Of a stretch of DNA of 43,014 bases, positions 10,003 to 20,368 are shown piece by piece. This DNA comes from a virus (lineage: Duplodnaviria; Caudoviricetes). Position numbers and translations under genes: made by a program. Location of the stretch: the IMG/VR virus record IMGVR_UViG_3300048893_000109, positions 1-43,014 of that record; one strand, written 5' to 3'. The notes beneath the pieces are model-generated. The model did not search any database, was not told where the DNA came from, and saw only the letters and a program-made list of their open reading frames with translations. Position 1 is the stretch's first letter, and every line of letters begins with the position of its first letter.

Positions 10003-10523
10003 CAACGGTAGTTGCATTTGTTCCCTCTAATATTAAGCCATTCACGTTTCCAGCCATTTTGGATGGTCAGTACTATAATATTAAGATCACATGGAATGTG
10101 TCTGCTCAACGTTATTATGTGAACGTATATGGATCTGATGGTTTATGGGTTGTTACAGTTCCTCTAGTTTCTAGCCCACCTTCTCGTCCTATTGAAACTG
10201 TTACTTATGATCCATTTCAATTAGTGTTACTAGTGCAGATGGTTTCACCTACAAAATGGCCGTTACCATTATCACCTGAAGGATTATCACAATCACCCGG
10301 CACGATCACAGATTATACTTTAGCAGGATTCGTACCGAACACCTACAATGGACTTTTCAGAGGAATGCAATTAAACGCAACTCAGTTTACAGTACCTATG
10401 GCGGTTAACCCCGGTTCTCTTATTGTAACTGGGTATGTAAGTCGTCAATTGAATATGCTGGCAGGAATATTTCAAACCTCAACTTTAATTTATCGCAACA
10501 ACGCTTTTGAGATTGGTCCATAA
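9999..10523 (+). CDS. Baseplate protein
   Basis: PFTF...LDG..Y....WN..AQRYY pattern of small baseplate proteins; ATGA overlap. Confidence 0.6.
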   Translation: MTTVVAFVPSNIKPFTFPAILDGQYYNIKITWNVSAQRYYVNVYGSDGLWVVTVPLVSSPPSRPIETVTYDPFQLVLLVQMVSPTKWPLPLSPEGLSQSPGTITDYTLAGFVPNTYNGLFRGMQLNATQFTVPMAVNPGSLIVTGYVSRQLNMLAGIFQTSTLIYRNNAFEIGP

Positions 10524-10524
10524 C

Positions 10525-11403
10525 ATGGGTAGATATGACTCTCACAAACACCCTCTTCAATACCGGTTAGGTCAATGGGCTCTTAACCGAACAAATAATA
10601 GTCGTGAAGGTCAAGCTAAGTCTATGCCATGCCATGTCGTTGAAGTGGCACAAGATTTCATTAAAGTAGCATTTGAAAACAGTAATGGCATCTTCACGAT
10701 GCCGATTATGAAAATCCCACAAGCGATGACGCAGTACATGCGGAATCCGACACAGGTGGGTGATAAAGGCCATGCTGTTCCTGGGAGTTATTATTTAGGA
10801 GGAGTTACCGGAGACGCTGGTGGATCAACAAATTTCTATCCTCGTGGTAATCTGACCACTCTTAATTTTAATGGAATTAGTCATACCGATAATCCTTCTC
10901 GTGATTACAATCAGCTCACCCATATGGGTGGACCGGCTGGTTGGATTGCTCGTGCGTTTCAGAAACAGCAAAATCAAAACCAAGGACAGCAACAACAATC
11001 ACAAGGATTAACGCCACAAAATTTACAGACCGCTCAGTTTGGTCGTGCTGGTGCGATTGCTGTGCAACAGAAACTCATGGCAGCGTCTATGGGGGTATCT
11101 ATATCAGCTTTGCAAATGCCTTCTGTCATGGATTCTAGCAACCCAACTTCTGGTACGGGTTCAGGTGATCAACAACAGGAACAGGATGAAACTAATTTTG
11201 GATTTGATAAAAATGGGTTATCAACAATCCAAAGTGGTGACACGAAACACAATATCACTGTTGATAAGAAAGGTAAACAGATTACCTTGAATGTTCCTAT
11301 TGGCGAATGGGTCTATCACGGAGGAGACGGAAAAACCGGTAAATACGCACGAGTCATGACCGAGAATGGTCCCAGCCCTAACGTAAAAGCTAGGATCAGT
11401 TAA
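10525..11403 (+). CDS. Baseplate spike-like protein with Q-rich insertion
   Basis: PCHVVEV...R.PTQVGDKG OB-fold-like N-terminus; position before wedge genes; ATG 10525 follows upstream stop. Confidence 0.6.
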   Translation: MGRYDSHKHPLQYRLGQWALNRTNNSREGQAKSMPCHVVEVAQDFIKVAFENSNGIFTMPIMKIPQAMTQYMRNPTQVGDKGHAVPGSYYLGGVTGDAGGSTNFYPRGNLTTLNFNGISHTDNPSRDYNQLTHMGGPAGWIARAFQKQQNQNQGQQQQSQGLTPQNLQTAQFGRAGAIAVQQKLMAASMGVSISALQMPSVMDSSNPTSGTGSGDQQQEQDETNFGFDKNGLSTIQSGDTKHNITVDKKGKQITLNVPIGEWVYHGGDGKTGKYARVMTENGPSPNVKARIS

Positions 11404-11795
11404 TGCGAACTTATGGTAGAACCCAAGACGTTATCACCGGTAAAAAGACATGGTGGTTGGTCACTACTGATGCTAATGGGTTTAACGATTCTGTATATCT
11501 TACTGCTCTAGCTCAAGTTCTTAAATTGAATTTAGGTGAAAGTCCATTCTTTTCTAACTATGGTATTCCAGCTCACGCTTCTGTGGTAACTCAGGTTTTT
11601 CCGAACTACTATATGGCTGTAACTCAACAGCAATTTGCTGGGTTTTTCGCTTCCTTAATCTTGACACCACTACCGGATGCAACAGATAATGATGGACGTC
11701 CGGCTCCTGCTTACAATATCAGTGTCTTAACCAATGCTGGTTCTCGTATTGGTGTACAAACGAGACCCGGCTATCCGATAGAGCAACCGATCTAA
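11403..11795 (+). CDS. Baseplate wedge subunit (gp25/W-like)
   Basis: LKLNLGESPFFSNYGIP motif; precedes J-like gene. Confidence 0.65.
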   Translation: MRTYGRTQDVITGKKTWWLVTTDANGFNDSVYLTALAQVLKLNLGESPFFSNYGIPAHASVVTQVFPNYYMAVTQQQFAGFFASLILTPLPDATDNDGRPAPAYNISVLTNAGSRIGVQTRPGYPIEQPI

Positions 11796-13213
11796 TGGCT
11801 GTACTTCCGCTTGTAATGACATCGCAAGGGTTGCAACCAACTGCTCCAGCAGATTTGCGGGCACGATTAGTTGCTCTGGTAGCTGCTCAAAATCCAGATT
11901 ATACAGCGAATCTGCCTGGATCGTTGATCGAGGATATTGCGAGTACAGATACCTATGCGGCAGTGGAAAGCGACAGCTTTCTAGTAGATTTGGTAAATTC
12001 AATCACACCGTTTGGTGCCAATGCGTTCTTATTAAATCAGTTAGGTATTCTTTACGGAGTAGATGCACAACCTATCACAAACACTTCTGTCTATGTTGTT
12101 TTCACCGGTCCTCCCGGTTATGTGATTGCGCAAGGTTTTACTGTATCTGATGGAACCTATCAGTATGTCTGCCAAAATGGCGGAGTGATTGGAAGCGATG
12201 GTAATTCTCTACCAATGTATGCTCTAGCTACTGTAGCTGGTGCATGGCCGGTCAACGCCCAAACTGTGACTCAACTTGCGACATCCGTTCCTTCAAATAT
12301 CTCTTTGACTGTCACCAACCCGGTTTCAGGGATACCCTCTACTTCTGGTGAACCAATTAGTGTTTTTCGCGAAAGATGTTTTACTGCTGGTCTTGCCGCG
12401 AGCACTGGTATGTCTCGTTATGTCAAGACCTTAGTTGGAAACGTCCCCGGAGTTCAACCCCGGTTAGTATCTGTTCAACAAGATCAAGGTAACTACATTA
12501 TCATTGTAGGGGGAGGTGACGCATATCAAGTAGCTTACGCAATATGGATGGCTGATTTTTATACTCCTGGTCTTTCCGGTGCAACTATTCGTATCGCCGG
12601 AGTTTCTAACACCAACCCGGTTGTCATCACGACAGCAAATAATCATAATTTACAGACCGGTGATTTGGAAATTATTAGCGATGTGACCGGGATGCCGTTT
12701 CTAAATGATCAGGTATTACCAGTCACGGTAATCAATGCGAAGCAGTTTAGTGTTCCGTTAGATGCAACGGTGTGGGGTGTTTATCAGTTTGGTGGAGAAG
12801 TTGCTCCTAATCCTATTAATATGTTCGTAACTATTAATGATTTTCCTGACTCGTTCCTTATTCCTTATGTTAACCCACCTCAAGAGCTGGTCTCTATCGT
12901 AGTGACTTGGATTACTAATTCACCTAATTTTGTATCTCCAACTGCTATCGCTCAAGCAGCGGTGCCGGATATTGTAAACTATATTAATTCATTACCGGCT
13001 GGTGTGTCTCCTATTAATTTCAATGTTCTTAATCAGATCTTTCTTGAGGCAATACAAAATATCCTTCAACCTGAGTATGTGATTAGTCTTACTTTCCAGG
13101 TTGCGATTGGTGGTGTGGGTGTATCACCTGCTCCTGGAACAAACGTAATTTTTGGTGACCCGTATAGTTATTTCTATACTGAGAATGGACAAATTGCGGT
13201 GGTCGAAGGATGA
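11795..13213 (+). CDS. Baseplate J-like protein with inserted FCCH-like beta domain
   Basis: ANLPGSLIEDI, VYVVFTGPPGYVI..G, E....FRER motifs; insertion SNTNPVVITT..HNL.TGD...ISDV.GM..LN. Confidence 0.8.
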   Translation: MAVLPLVMTSQGLQPTAPADLRARLVALVAAQNPDYTANLPGSLIEDIASTDTYAAVESDSFLVDLVNSITPFGANAFLLNQLGILYGVDAQPITNTSVYVVFTGPPGYVIAQGFTVSDGTYQYVCQNGGVIGSDGNSLPMYALATVAGAWPVNAQTVTQLATSVPSNISLTVTNPVSGIPSTSGEPISVFRERCFTAGLAASTGMSRYVKTLVGNVPGVQPRLVSVQQDQGNYIIIVGGGDAYQVAYAIWMADFYTPGLSGATIRIAGVSNTNPVVITTANNHNLQTGDLEIISDVTGMPFLNDQVLPVTVINAKQFSVPLDATVWGVYQFGGEVAPNPINMFVTINDFPDSFLIPYVNPPQELVSIVVTWITNSPNFVSPTAIAQAAVPDIVNYINSLPAGVSPINFNVLNQIFLEAIQNILQPEYVISLTFQVAIGGVGVSPAPGTNVIFGDPYSYFYTENGQIAVVEG

Positions 13214-14427
13214 CGTTAGCTTTCCTTTCATCTGGTCTTACGACAGTTGTTTTGAACGGAGGTGTCTCCGTTCAAGTAGCTAACACGAATATGGGGGTGA
13301 ACGGTGGCGTTATTATCAACCCTCAAAATCCTATTGACCAAGGTATTCATATTGTTGAACCACTCTACATTAGTCTTATCGGTCCTGCTAATCTAATCGC
13401 AAATCAAAATACCACCGTAATTAATCCCGGTGATACATTTAATGTACCTCCTTTATCAAATGTTTGGGTGAATGCTGCTACTTCTGGTCATAGTTTTACT
13501 GCTATATTTTTATCACCATACGAGATTCAGTACCCTCCAACTATTGTACCCGGTCAACCGGGCAGTGGAGTCGGAGCTCTTCCTGGTACTAGTGAGTTTC
13601 CACCAAGTTCTGTCACCGGTCTAACCACTGTTATTCCATCTTATCTTTACCAAGAATACTCAGATGATGATGACCTACAAGGTTTTGTTGCTGCTCAGAA
13701 TGAATTACAACAAGATTATGTAGATACTTTCAATGCTCTCAATTTACCGATTTACCCTGGATCTATTGTGGAAAAGGCTTTGCTCGATTGGGTCGGGCAA
13801 GGTGTCTATGGGATGGCTCGTCCAGCTATTGGGACAGGTATACCCTTACAAATAGGACCTCTCAATACATGGGCTCCAAATTGGCGTCCCTGGGATGTCC
13901 CACCGGTTGCATTTCCTGTTGCTCCAAATATGCTTGATCAACTCACTGTTGGTGATGTTGTCATTACAAATGATGATTTGTATCGTCGTATTTTAACATG
14001 GCACTTTTATAAAGGTGATGGAAATTATTGTGACGTACGATGGTTAAAACGTCGTATATGGAGATTCTGCTTCGGTGTTAATGGTTGGGGATACAACGGT
14101 TATTTAGATACGTATCCTGATGCAAGTATTGCAGATACAGAACAAATTAGTATTTCTTTTGGTGTTGATAGGAACTGTACCATTCGATTTGTGCTTGGTC
14201 ATCGCGAAGTTGGTGGCGGCATGATGTTGAATAAGTGGGGACCTAATGGGTTTGGTCCTTCTACTCTTCATCCGGCATCAGATTACAAATACATCGCTCT
14301 AAATGAAATACGAACGATGTACACCCCATTCCCACCACTGCCTATGATGGCAGAGTTTAAAGAAGCTGTTGATATTGGAGCTTTGGAGCTTCCATATCAG
14401 TTCCAATACACCGTACACATAGGATAG
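13210..14427 (+). CDS. Baseplate wedge protein (DUF2612-like) with extra N-terminal domain
   Basis: YLYQEYSDDDDL..F, LLDWVG..VYG..RP, DDLYRRILTW motifs; follows J. Confidence 0.7.
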   Translation: MTLAFLSSGLTTVVLNGGVSVQVANTNMGVNGGVIINPQNPIDQGIHIVEPLYISLIGPANLIANQNTTVINPGDTFNVPPLSNVWVNAATSGHSFTAIFLSPYEIQYPPTIVPGQPGSGVGALPGTSEFPPSSVTGLTTVIPSYLYQEYSDDDDLQGFVAAQNELQQDYVDTFNALNLPIYPGSIVEKALLDWVGQGVYGMARPAIGTGIPLQIGPLNTWAPNWRPWDVPPVAFPVAPNMLDQLTVGDVVITNDDLYRRILTWHFYKGDGNYCDVRWLKRRIWRFCFGVNGWGYNGYLDTYPDASIADTEQISISFGVDRNCTIRFVLGHREVGGGMMLNKWGPNGFGPSTLHPASDYKYIALNEIRTMYTPFPPLPMMAEFKEAVDIGALELPYQFQYTVHIG

Positions 14428-14431
14428 AACT

Positions 14432-15871
14432 ATGGCGATTCTTTGGAGCAACAATGCATCCACTACTGTAGCTGGTAGCATTACTCCGTCCAGTACAACG
14501 GTTGCTTTGGCGGCAGGAACTGGAGCACGGTTTCCGTCCCCAACCGGTGGGGACTATTTTGTTGCGACTTTTTATGATCAAGCAACTAAGACTATTGATG
14601 AGATTGTACATGTCACGGCTCGTTCTGGTGATACCTGTACGATCGTAAGAGCACAGGAGGGTACTACCGCTCAATCATGGAGTGCGTCTGATATCTTTGC
14701 TAACTTGGTGACTGCGGGTACTTTAGAAGCTTTTGTGCAAGCTGGTACTGGTCCGGCTGATACATCAGTTGTGTATGTCGGTACAGATACATCCACTACT
14801 CCTGGTCTCGTTGTTGCTGTAACTAACCCGGTCCCACCCTCGTATCAAACCGGCATGTTGTTCAATATTAAGATCAACAACACTAACCCCGGACCGGTTA
14901 ATCTTCAATTAAATGGTCATCCATCCGTCGCCGCTGTTCGTACTGATGGCAGTGCAATGGTTGGTGGAAATCTTGTTGCTAGTCAAGAAATGACGTTTAT
15001 CTATAATGGTACAAACTTCAATGCATTAATTCCACCTATTCCACAGACTCCCCCACAAAGTATTTTCTATGTGCGAACTGATGGTAACGATAATAATTCA
15101 GGGTTTGCCAATACTTCAGCAGATGCTTTTGCAACTATCTCTGGTGCAATTCATCAGATCAAAACGCGGTATGTTTCACAAAATAGTATTACGATTCGTG
15201 TTGCAGATGGCACCTATGTTGATGGTGTTGATGAAACTGGATCCTATATAGCTTCTTGGAATATTGTTGGAAATACATCAAATCCTGGAAACGTTATCAT
15301 TAATGCCACGTCTGTTAACCCATTATCTTATCCTACATATGCAACGGCTGGACGTTGTTTTGTAGCTGGTGGAACGGCGAATATTGCTGTAAGTGGTATG
15401 TCATTTCAGTCATATTATGAAAATACAGCAGGTTCTGCAGGTTATCTTCAGGTAACTGGTTGTAATTTCACTGCTCCGGTATCTGGCACTGTAGCTCCTA
15501 TCGCAGCTTATAGTAATGGTCTACTCGCACTGTACGGCAATTGTCAATATAGCGGTGCAACTGCGGTGCCGTTTATCTTCTCTGCTTCTGCGGCTGGTGT
15601 GGTGAATTTAGGGTATCATGATGCGATTGTATCTAACCCTCTTGCGTTCACTATCAATGGAACTCCTTCTGTTGCCAATTCAACAGCCTATGCGATTGCT
15701 AATGGTGTGATCAATGTTAATACCACTGTGACAACATTCTCAGGTGGTGTTCCAGTTGCGAATCAGTATATCTGTCAAAATGGTGGTGGTATTTTCTTTG
15801 CTGGTGGCAACACCAGCATCTTTCCTGGTACGAAACCACCGATTGTGACGTTACCAGGATGGACAGCATAA
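14432..15871 (+). CDS. Tail fibre/spike protein
   Basis: NNASTT.AGSI...EIV.VTARSGD..TIVRAQEGT anchor; YVRTDGND.NSG then beta-helix-like region. Confidence 0.75.
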   Translation: MAILWSNNASTTVAGSITPSSTTVALAAGTGARFPSPTGGDYFVATFYDQATKTIDEIVHVTARSGDTCTIVRAQEGTTAQSWSASDIFANLVTAGTLEAFVQAGTGPADTSVVYVGTDTSTTPGLVVAVTNPVPPSYQTGMLFNIKINNTNPGPVNLQLNGHPSVAAVRTDGSAMVGGNLVASQEMTFIYNGTNFNALIPPIPQTPPQSIFYVRTDGNDNNSGFANTSADAFATISGAIHQIKTRYVSQNSITIRVADGTYVDGVDETGSYIASWNIVGNTSNPGNVIINATSVNPLSYPTYATAGRCFVAGGTANIAVSGMSFQSYYENTAGSAGYLQVTGCNFTAPVSGTVAPIAAYSNGLLALYGNCQYSGATAVPFIFSASAAGVVNLGYHDAIVSNPLAFTINGTPSVANSTAYAIANGVINVNTTVTTFSGGVPVANQYICQNGGGIFFAGGNTSIFPGTKPPIVTLPGWTA

Positions 15872-15884
15872 AAGGAACTCAACT

Positions 15885-16196
15885 ATGGCAACTCCTGTCG
15901 CTGGTGTTAATACAGTCACTTCAGCCACTCCTGGGACCTCGATTATTGCGATAGCCGCAAATCAAGCCGGTGGGTATATTGTCAATCCAGGAACTGCCGC
16001 AGATCAAAATTTACCGACAGCTGAACCACTATATGTGAATCAGGTTACTGATGCTGCTTTGAATGCAAACGGAACGACCATTGCACTCCAGCCCGGTCAA
16101 TCTTATACGGTGATACCGAACACAACCACACCGGTTAAAGTGAGTTCGGCGAGTGCTAGTCATAGTTTCACCGCAGTCCAGTGGCCAACTCCATAG
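15885..16196 (+). CDS. Small structural protein, paralog of N-terminal domain of 13210..14427
   Basis: GGYIVNP...DQ....EPLY...PG....V....SHSFTA shared. Confidence 0.7.
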   Translation: MATPVAGVNTVTSATPGTSIIAIAANQAGGYIVNPGTAADQNLPTAEPLYVNQVTDAALNANGTTIALQPGQSYTVIPNTTTPVKVSSASASHSFTAVQWPTP

Positions 16197-16205
16197 GAGT
16201 TACCT

Positions 16206-16508
16206 ATGTCTGACGTGACTCAACCGGGGTTTGGTCCTGGTGGGCCGAATCCTACATCATCACCATGGGTGTCCTTTGGTTCTTGGATTCAATACACAGG
16301 TGGAGTTGTTGTAGGAGATCCAACCGGTGGGAATCTTGGTCCAGGAACTGTGAATTCTCATGCTTATTTTATTGACGGTGTGCAATATGATCTAGCAAAC
16401 TATCTTCCATTGACTGGTGGTATTATTGGAGGTCCTCTCACTGTCAATGGTGCCTTTGTGATCCACAGTACATGCGATGGTATCACTATTGATATGGGAA
16501 CAATTTAA
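16206..16508 (+). CDS. Small tail-fibre-associated protein
   Basis: RBS AGGAG; G.PTGG..GPGTVN and YLPLTGG fibre motifs. Confidence 0.65.
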   Translation: MSDVTQPGFGPGGPNPTSSPWVSFGSWIQYTGGVVVGDPTGGNLGPGTVNSHAYFIDGVQYDLANYLPLTGGIIGGPLTVNGAFVIHSTCDGITIDMGTI

Positions 16509-17836
16509 TGGCTAATCTTCTCCAGATTTTGCGGTCCAGTACTTTTGGAACACGTCCAACACCGAGCGCGTATCCTCCAGGTGTGCCATTTGTCAATTTT
16601 GCAGATAAGCAATTCTCTGTAGTTGATTCAGGACAAGTGGCACAAGATTTAGTTGGTGTACCATTCTTTTCTACTCTTGCGAATTATAACGCAGGACAAC
16701 CGGTTGTCTTCTCTGGTCGTCTGTATATTGCTCTAGTATCAGTTACTGCTGGAGCGTGGAATCCTGCACAGTGGGCCGCTGCGATTACGGCTAATGCGAT
16801 CCCTGGTGTATATCCACAAGACGGTATTCAAGTTAATGGTGGATTTGAAGTTAGTCAGCAATTAGGTGTTGGTAATCCTGTCAATACCGGATATTTTTGT
16901 GATCAATGGACTTTGTTTCGGAGTCCTGGTGCCGGTAGTCTTGCTCAAATTCAGGCTGCTCCTGGAGTCTATTCTGGTCTTCCTTACCATGGTGTCGCTA
17001 CTGTTACCGTAGCAAGCCCTACTCTGAATCCAACAGATTTCTGTCTTATGAATCAACCTATCGAAGGCATGAGAGCTGCACGACTAGGCTTTGGGTATGC
17101 ATCTGCGTCAGCAGTCACTGTTTGTTTTTGGAGTAATCATTTTAGAACTGGGTTATATTCCGTAGCTTTACGGAATGCTGCAAATAATCGTTCTTGTGTT
17201 ATGACATATACCCACGCTGCTTCTGGAGTTGCACAATATAATGTGCTGACTTTCCCTGGTGATGTTACAGGATCCTGGGCTATCGATACCTCAGTTGGAT
17301 TGCAACTGAGTTTCGTACAAGCGGCAGGCACTAGTTTCAATGCTCCTGCTACTGGAACATGGTACGCTGCGAATTATTGCGCTGTTGCGGGTCAAGTAAA
17401 TGGATTGACATCTACAAGTGACTATTTTCGGATTACTGGTGTTCAAGTTCTACCGGGGAATCAAGGTCCACCAGCTTCTCAATCAGCGTATACGTTGCGC
17501 ACACCTGATGTTGAATTGCGGGAATGTCAGCGGTATTATGAACAACTAACAAGTGGGATAGGAAATGGTAGTGCCGTTTCTGGTACGACGTTTATTTGGA
17601 TCGGTAGGTACCAACCAAAACGAGTAAATCCTACGGTGACCTTCTTTACTCCCACTTCTATGAATGTGTGGAATGCTTCTGGTTCAGGAATTTTTTTAAC
17701 CAGTGCCTCACTCTCTAGTTCATCTAACAATGGGTTTGTCGCCAACGGCACAGTTGCTTCGGGTCTAGTGGCTGGTAACGGTATTTCCGTTGCGGCTACC
17801 GGAGTAGCTTGCATAGTGGTTGACGCCAGACTATGA
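16508..17836 (+). CDS. Tail fibre protein with putative carbohydrate-binding domain
   Basis: NGGFEVSQ...DQW...GVQV...ELRECQRYY domain typical of phage fibres. Confidence 0.7.
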   Translation: MANLLQILRSSTFGTRPTPSAYPPGVPFVNFADKQFSVVDSGQVAQDLVGVPFFSTLANYNAGQPVVFSGRLYIALVSVTAGAWNPAQWAAAITANAIPGVYPQDGIQVNGGFEVSQQLGVGNPVNTGYFCDQWTLFRSPGAGSLAQIQAAPGVYSGLPYHGVATVTVASPTLNPTDFCLMNQPIEGMRAARLGFGYASASAVTVCFWSNHFRTGLYSVALRNAANNRSCVMTYTHAASGVAQYNVLTFPGDVTGSWAIDTSVGLQLSFVQAAGTSFNAPATGTWYAANYCAVAGQVNGLTSTSDYFRITGVQVLPGNQGPPASQSAYTLRTPDVELRECQRYYEQLTSGIGNGSAVSGTTFIWIGRYQPKRVNPTVTFFTPTSMNVWNASGSGIFLTSASLSSSSNNGFVANGTVASGLVAGNGISVAATGVACIVVDARL

Positions 17837-19797
17837 CAATTAATTTAACCGATTGTGCGATAGGAGACGCTCCTTCAGTAGCTGTCCCTATTCCACTCAC
17901 CGGTTTAACCACTGTCAATATTGCTCCATCAGACAATAGTGTTGATACCAATAACGTTATTGTAACAGGAAGTGGAACTATTGCTTCACTAGGTGGTGAT
18001 GGGACAGTTCTGTCTCCAGACCTAGGATCACCATGGCCGGTCACTAAGCGGGTGACATGGATACCTGATCCATCCGCATCTATTACCTTAGTGGACGGTC
18101 CTGCATTCATTCTGTTAGGTAACGTCAATCGAACTATAACACATGAATGCATTGGGTATTACTTTTGGGATCTGACTACTAGGACATGGACCGAACTTTC
18201 TTATGTTGATACCACTCAAGTTCCTGGTGGTGGAGGTGGTGGTGCCGTAACATCATGGAATACTCGCACAGGTGCGGTGTCCATGATTTTATCAGATGTG
18301 ACCGGAGTAGGTGGGGCTCCTCTCGTATCGCCGGCCCTGACTGGAACTCCAACCGGTCCAACTGCGGCTCCTGGAAACAATTCAACACAACTTGCTACTA
18401 CAGCCTTCGTGACTGCCGCTGTGAGTGCCGCGGGTGGAGTAACGTCATGGAATACCCGAACGGGCGCGGTAACCATGACTCTCAGCGACATAACCGGTGT
18501 GGGGGGAGCTCCACTAGCTTCACCAACGTTTACCGGGACTCCGGCAGCACCGACCGCTACCGCTGGCACGAATACTACACAACTTGCTACTACCGCATTC
18601 GTATCGACTGCAATTACCAATGCGAATGTTCCGTCCCCCTCAGCCTCCACCCCAATTATGGATGGCACTGGGTCGGCAGGTTCATCGGCTCAATTTTCAC
18701 GTGGGGATCACGTCCATCCTACTGACACATCACGTGCACCATTAGCGTCACCTACTTTTACAGGTACCCCAGCCGCACCTACGGCCACAGCGGGCACTAA
18801 TACAACACAGATTGCTACCACAGCCTTTGTCACAACGGCAATAACTGGTGTGAGTGGAGGTAGTACTAATAATATTGGTCGTAATCTCTTAGATAATAGT
18901 TTGATGAATGTTGCTCAGCGTGGCAACGGTCCATGGACTACAGATAATGCCCTAACAACCGACCGATGGCGTTTGAGGCTTGTATTAGATACCAATTCAG
19001 TCACACGAACAACGCTGACTGATGCTAATCGCACCACAATAGGTGATGAAGCAGCACAGTTCGCACTAACAAACGCATTTACCGGTAATGCTGGATCCAC
19101 AGCAGTAACGTGGATTCAACAAGCTATTGAGAACATTTACCGGTTGGCGGGTAAAACAGTTTCTGTCAGTTTCTGGGCGGTTGCCGCGTCTGGAACTCCT
19201 AAACTTGGAATTAATATTCTTCAATTCTTTGGGACGGGTGGTTCACCTACCGCAGCGGCTTGGTCTTTATCGACTGGACAATCGGTTACACTAAATACAA
19301 CATGGACTCGTTACACAACTACGATAGCAATCCCTAGTATCATTGGACTGACCGTTGGTACGAATAGTGATAGTTTCTCAGGATTATCTTTTTTCTACAC
19401 ATCTGGGTCTGGTGCAAATGCTGTTGCTGGTAATATTGGTGTTCAGTCTGGAACTATAAGTATCTGGGGTATACAAGTAGAAATAGGGTCTACTGCTACA
19501 CCACTAGAAAAGCCAAATCCACAGCAAGAAATAGCTAGATGTCAACGATTCTATCAAGTAGGTCCTTGGATTCACTCTGGATATAATTTAGCGAGCCAAG
19601 CAGTTGCTTATGAGGTTTTGTTACCGGTGCTGATGCGGGCAACTCCAACCATTGTTAGCACTTTAAGTGCATCTAGTAATATCACATCACCTAGAGCTTC
19701 TGCTGATACAGCAGCTTCATTTCAAGTGCTCGGCACAGTTACAGCAAATGGAGCTTATACTTCTTCTGGAACCTTCACAGCATCGGCGGATCTCTAG
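17833..19797 (+). CDS. Tail fibre protein with internal repeats
   Basis: SP.FTGTP.APTA..GTNTTQLATTAFV repeats, RGDHVHP motif, C-terminal GIQVE...EIARCQRFY domain. Confidence 0.8.
   Translation: MTINLTDCAIGDAPSVAVPIPLTGLTTVNIAPSDNSVDTNNVIVTGSGTIASLGGDGTVLSPDLGSPWPVTKRVTWIPDPSASITLVDGPAFILLGNVNRTITHECIGYYFWDLTTRTWTELSYVDTTQVPGGGGGGAVTSWNTRTGAVSMILSDVTGVGGAPLVSPALTGTPTGPTAAPGNNSTQLATTAFVTAAVSAAGGVTSWNTRTGAVTMTLSDITGVGGAPLASPTFTGTPAAPTATAGTNTTQLATTAFVSTAITNANVPSPSASTPIMDGTGSAGSSAQFSRGDHVHPTDTSRAPLASPTFTGTPAAPTATAGTNTTQIATTAFVTTAITGVSGGSTNNIGRNLLDNSLMNVAQRGNGPWTTDNALTTDRWRLRLVLDTNSVTRTTLTDANRTTIGDEAAQFALTNAFTGNAGSTAVTWIQQAIENIYRLAGKTVSVSFWAVAASGTPKLGINILQFFGTGGSPTAAAWSLSTGQSVTLNTTWTRYTTTIAIPSIIGLTVGTNSDSFSGLSFFYTSGSGANAVAGNIGVQSGTISIWGIQVEIGSTATPLEKPNPQQEIARCQRFYQVGPWIHSGYNLASQAVAYEVLLPVLMRATPTIVSTLSASSNITSPRASADTAASFQVLGTVTANGAYTSSGTFTASADL
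18241..18840 (+). repeat. Three degenerate fibre repeats
   Basis: VTSWNTRTGAV...APL.SP..TGTP..PTA...TQLATTAFV twice plus a third partial copy. Confidence 0.8.
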
Positions 19798-20010
19798 ATG
19801 GCAGCACCATATCAACTCACACATTCCACGTTTGTTATCCGCACTGCGGATCAAGCTTGGATTCCTGATGACCCTAATAATCGAGATCGTCAGGATTATA
19901 ACGATTGGATTGCGGTTGGTAATGTACCTGACCCCGCGCCACCAATTATCAGCCCTAACCTCAATAGTGTTGGTTACGGACCAACATCAGATCAAGCCGT
20001 AGGAGGATAA
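19798..20010 (+). CDS. Tail fibre assembly/chaperone-like small protein
   Basis: IP.DP.NRD.Q.Y..W motif commonly found after fibre genes. Confidence 0.65.
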   Translation: MAAPYQLTHSTFVIRTADQAWIPDDPNNRDRQDYNDWIAVGNVPDPAPPIISPNLNSVGYGPTSDQAVGG

Positions 20011-20014
20011 TAAC

Positions 20015-20350
20015 ATGTCTGCATTAGATCTCATTGCAACTGCGTCTGATCCGACCTTCGCGGGCCGTGTCAATATGATTATGTTCAAGGTCGCACAGGA
20101 GGTAGCGTCTGAAGATCCGGCTACACCAGATCATGCTACGCGTATCAATTACGTAGGTGTTGTGCTTCGTGGTCAAGAACGCCCACAACTTGTCGCCACT
20201 CATGTAATATCTTCTAATGGCACTATTCAGTCTGAGATAGAGTCCAATCCAGCATTACTAGGATCCAATGTCCCTGATGGAGATATTGAGTTCGCATTAG
20301 CGTCCATCTGGACCGCGCGGGCCGTAGCTTTCGGTAATACGACCCCTTAA
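20015..20350 (+). CDS. Hypothetical protein
   Basis: RBS AGGAGG, 111 aa, in operon. Confidence 0.75.
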   Translation: MSALDLIATASDPTFAGRVNMIMFKVAQEVASEDPATPDHATRINYVGVVLRGQERPQLVATHVISSNGTIQSEIESNPALLGSNVPDGDIEFALASIWTARAVAFGNTTP

Positions 20351-20368
20351 AATATAGTAATAATTATG

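Noticed and set aside
10960-11005. CAA/CAG-rich run in the spike gene as a contingency repeat
   Set aside because: Imperfect, in-frame low-complexity Gln/Asn linker
18749-18810. 62-nt TC/GA-free run in a tail fibre repeat
   Set aside because: Length is within chance expectation and explained by Ala/Thr/Pro-rich coding; no TATCGC boundary
16508-19797. Diversity-generating retroelement acting on fibre genes
   Set aside because: No reverse transcriptase and no adenine-specific TR/VR pair seen
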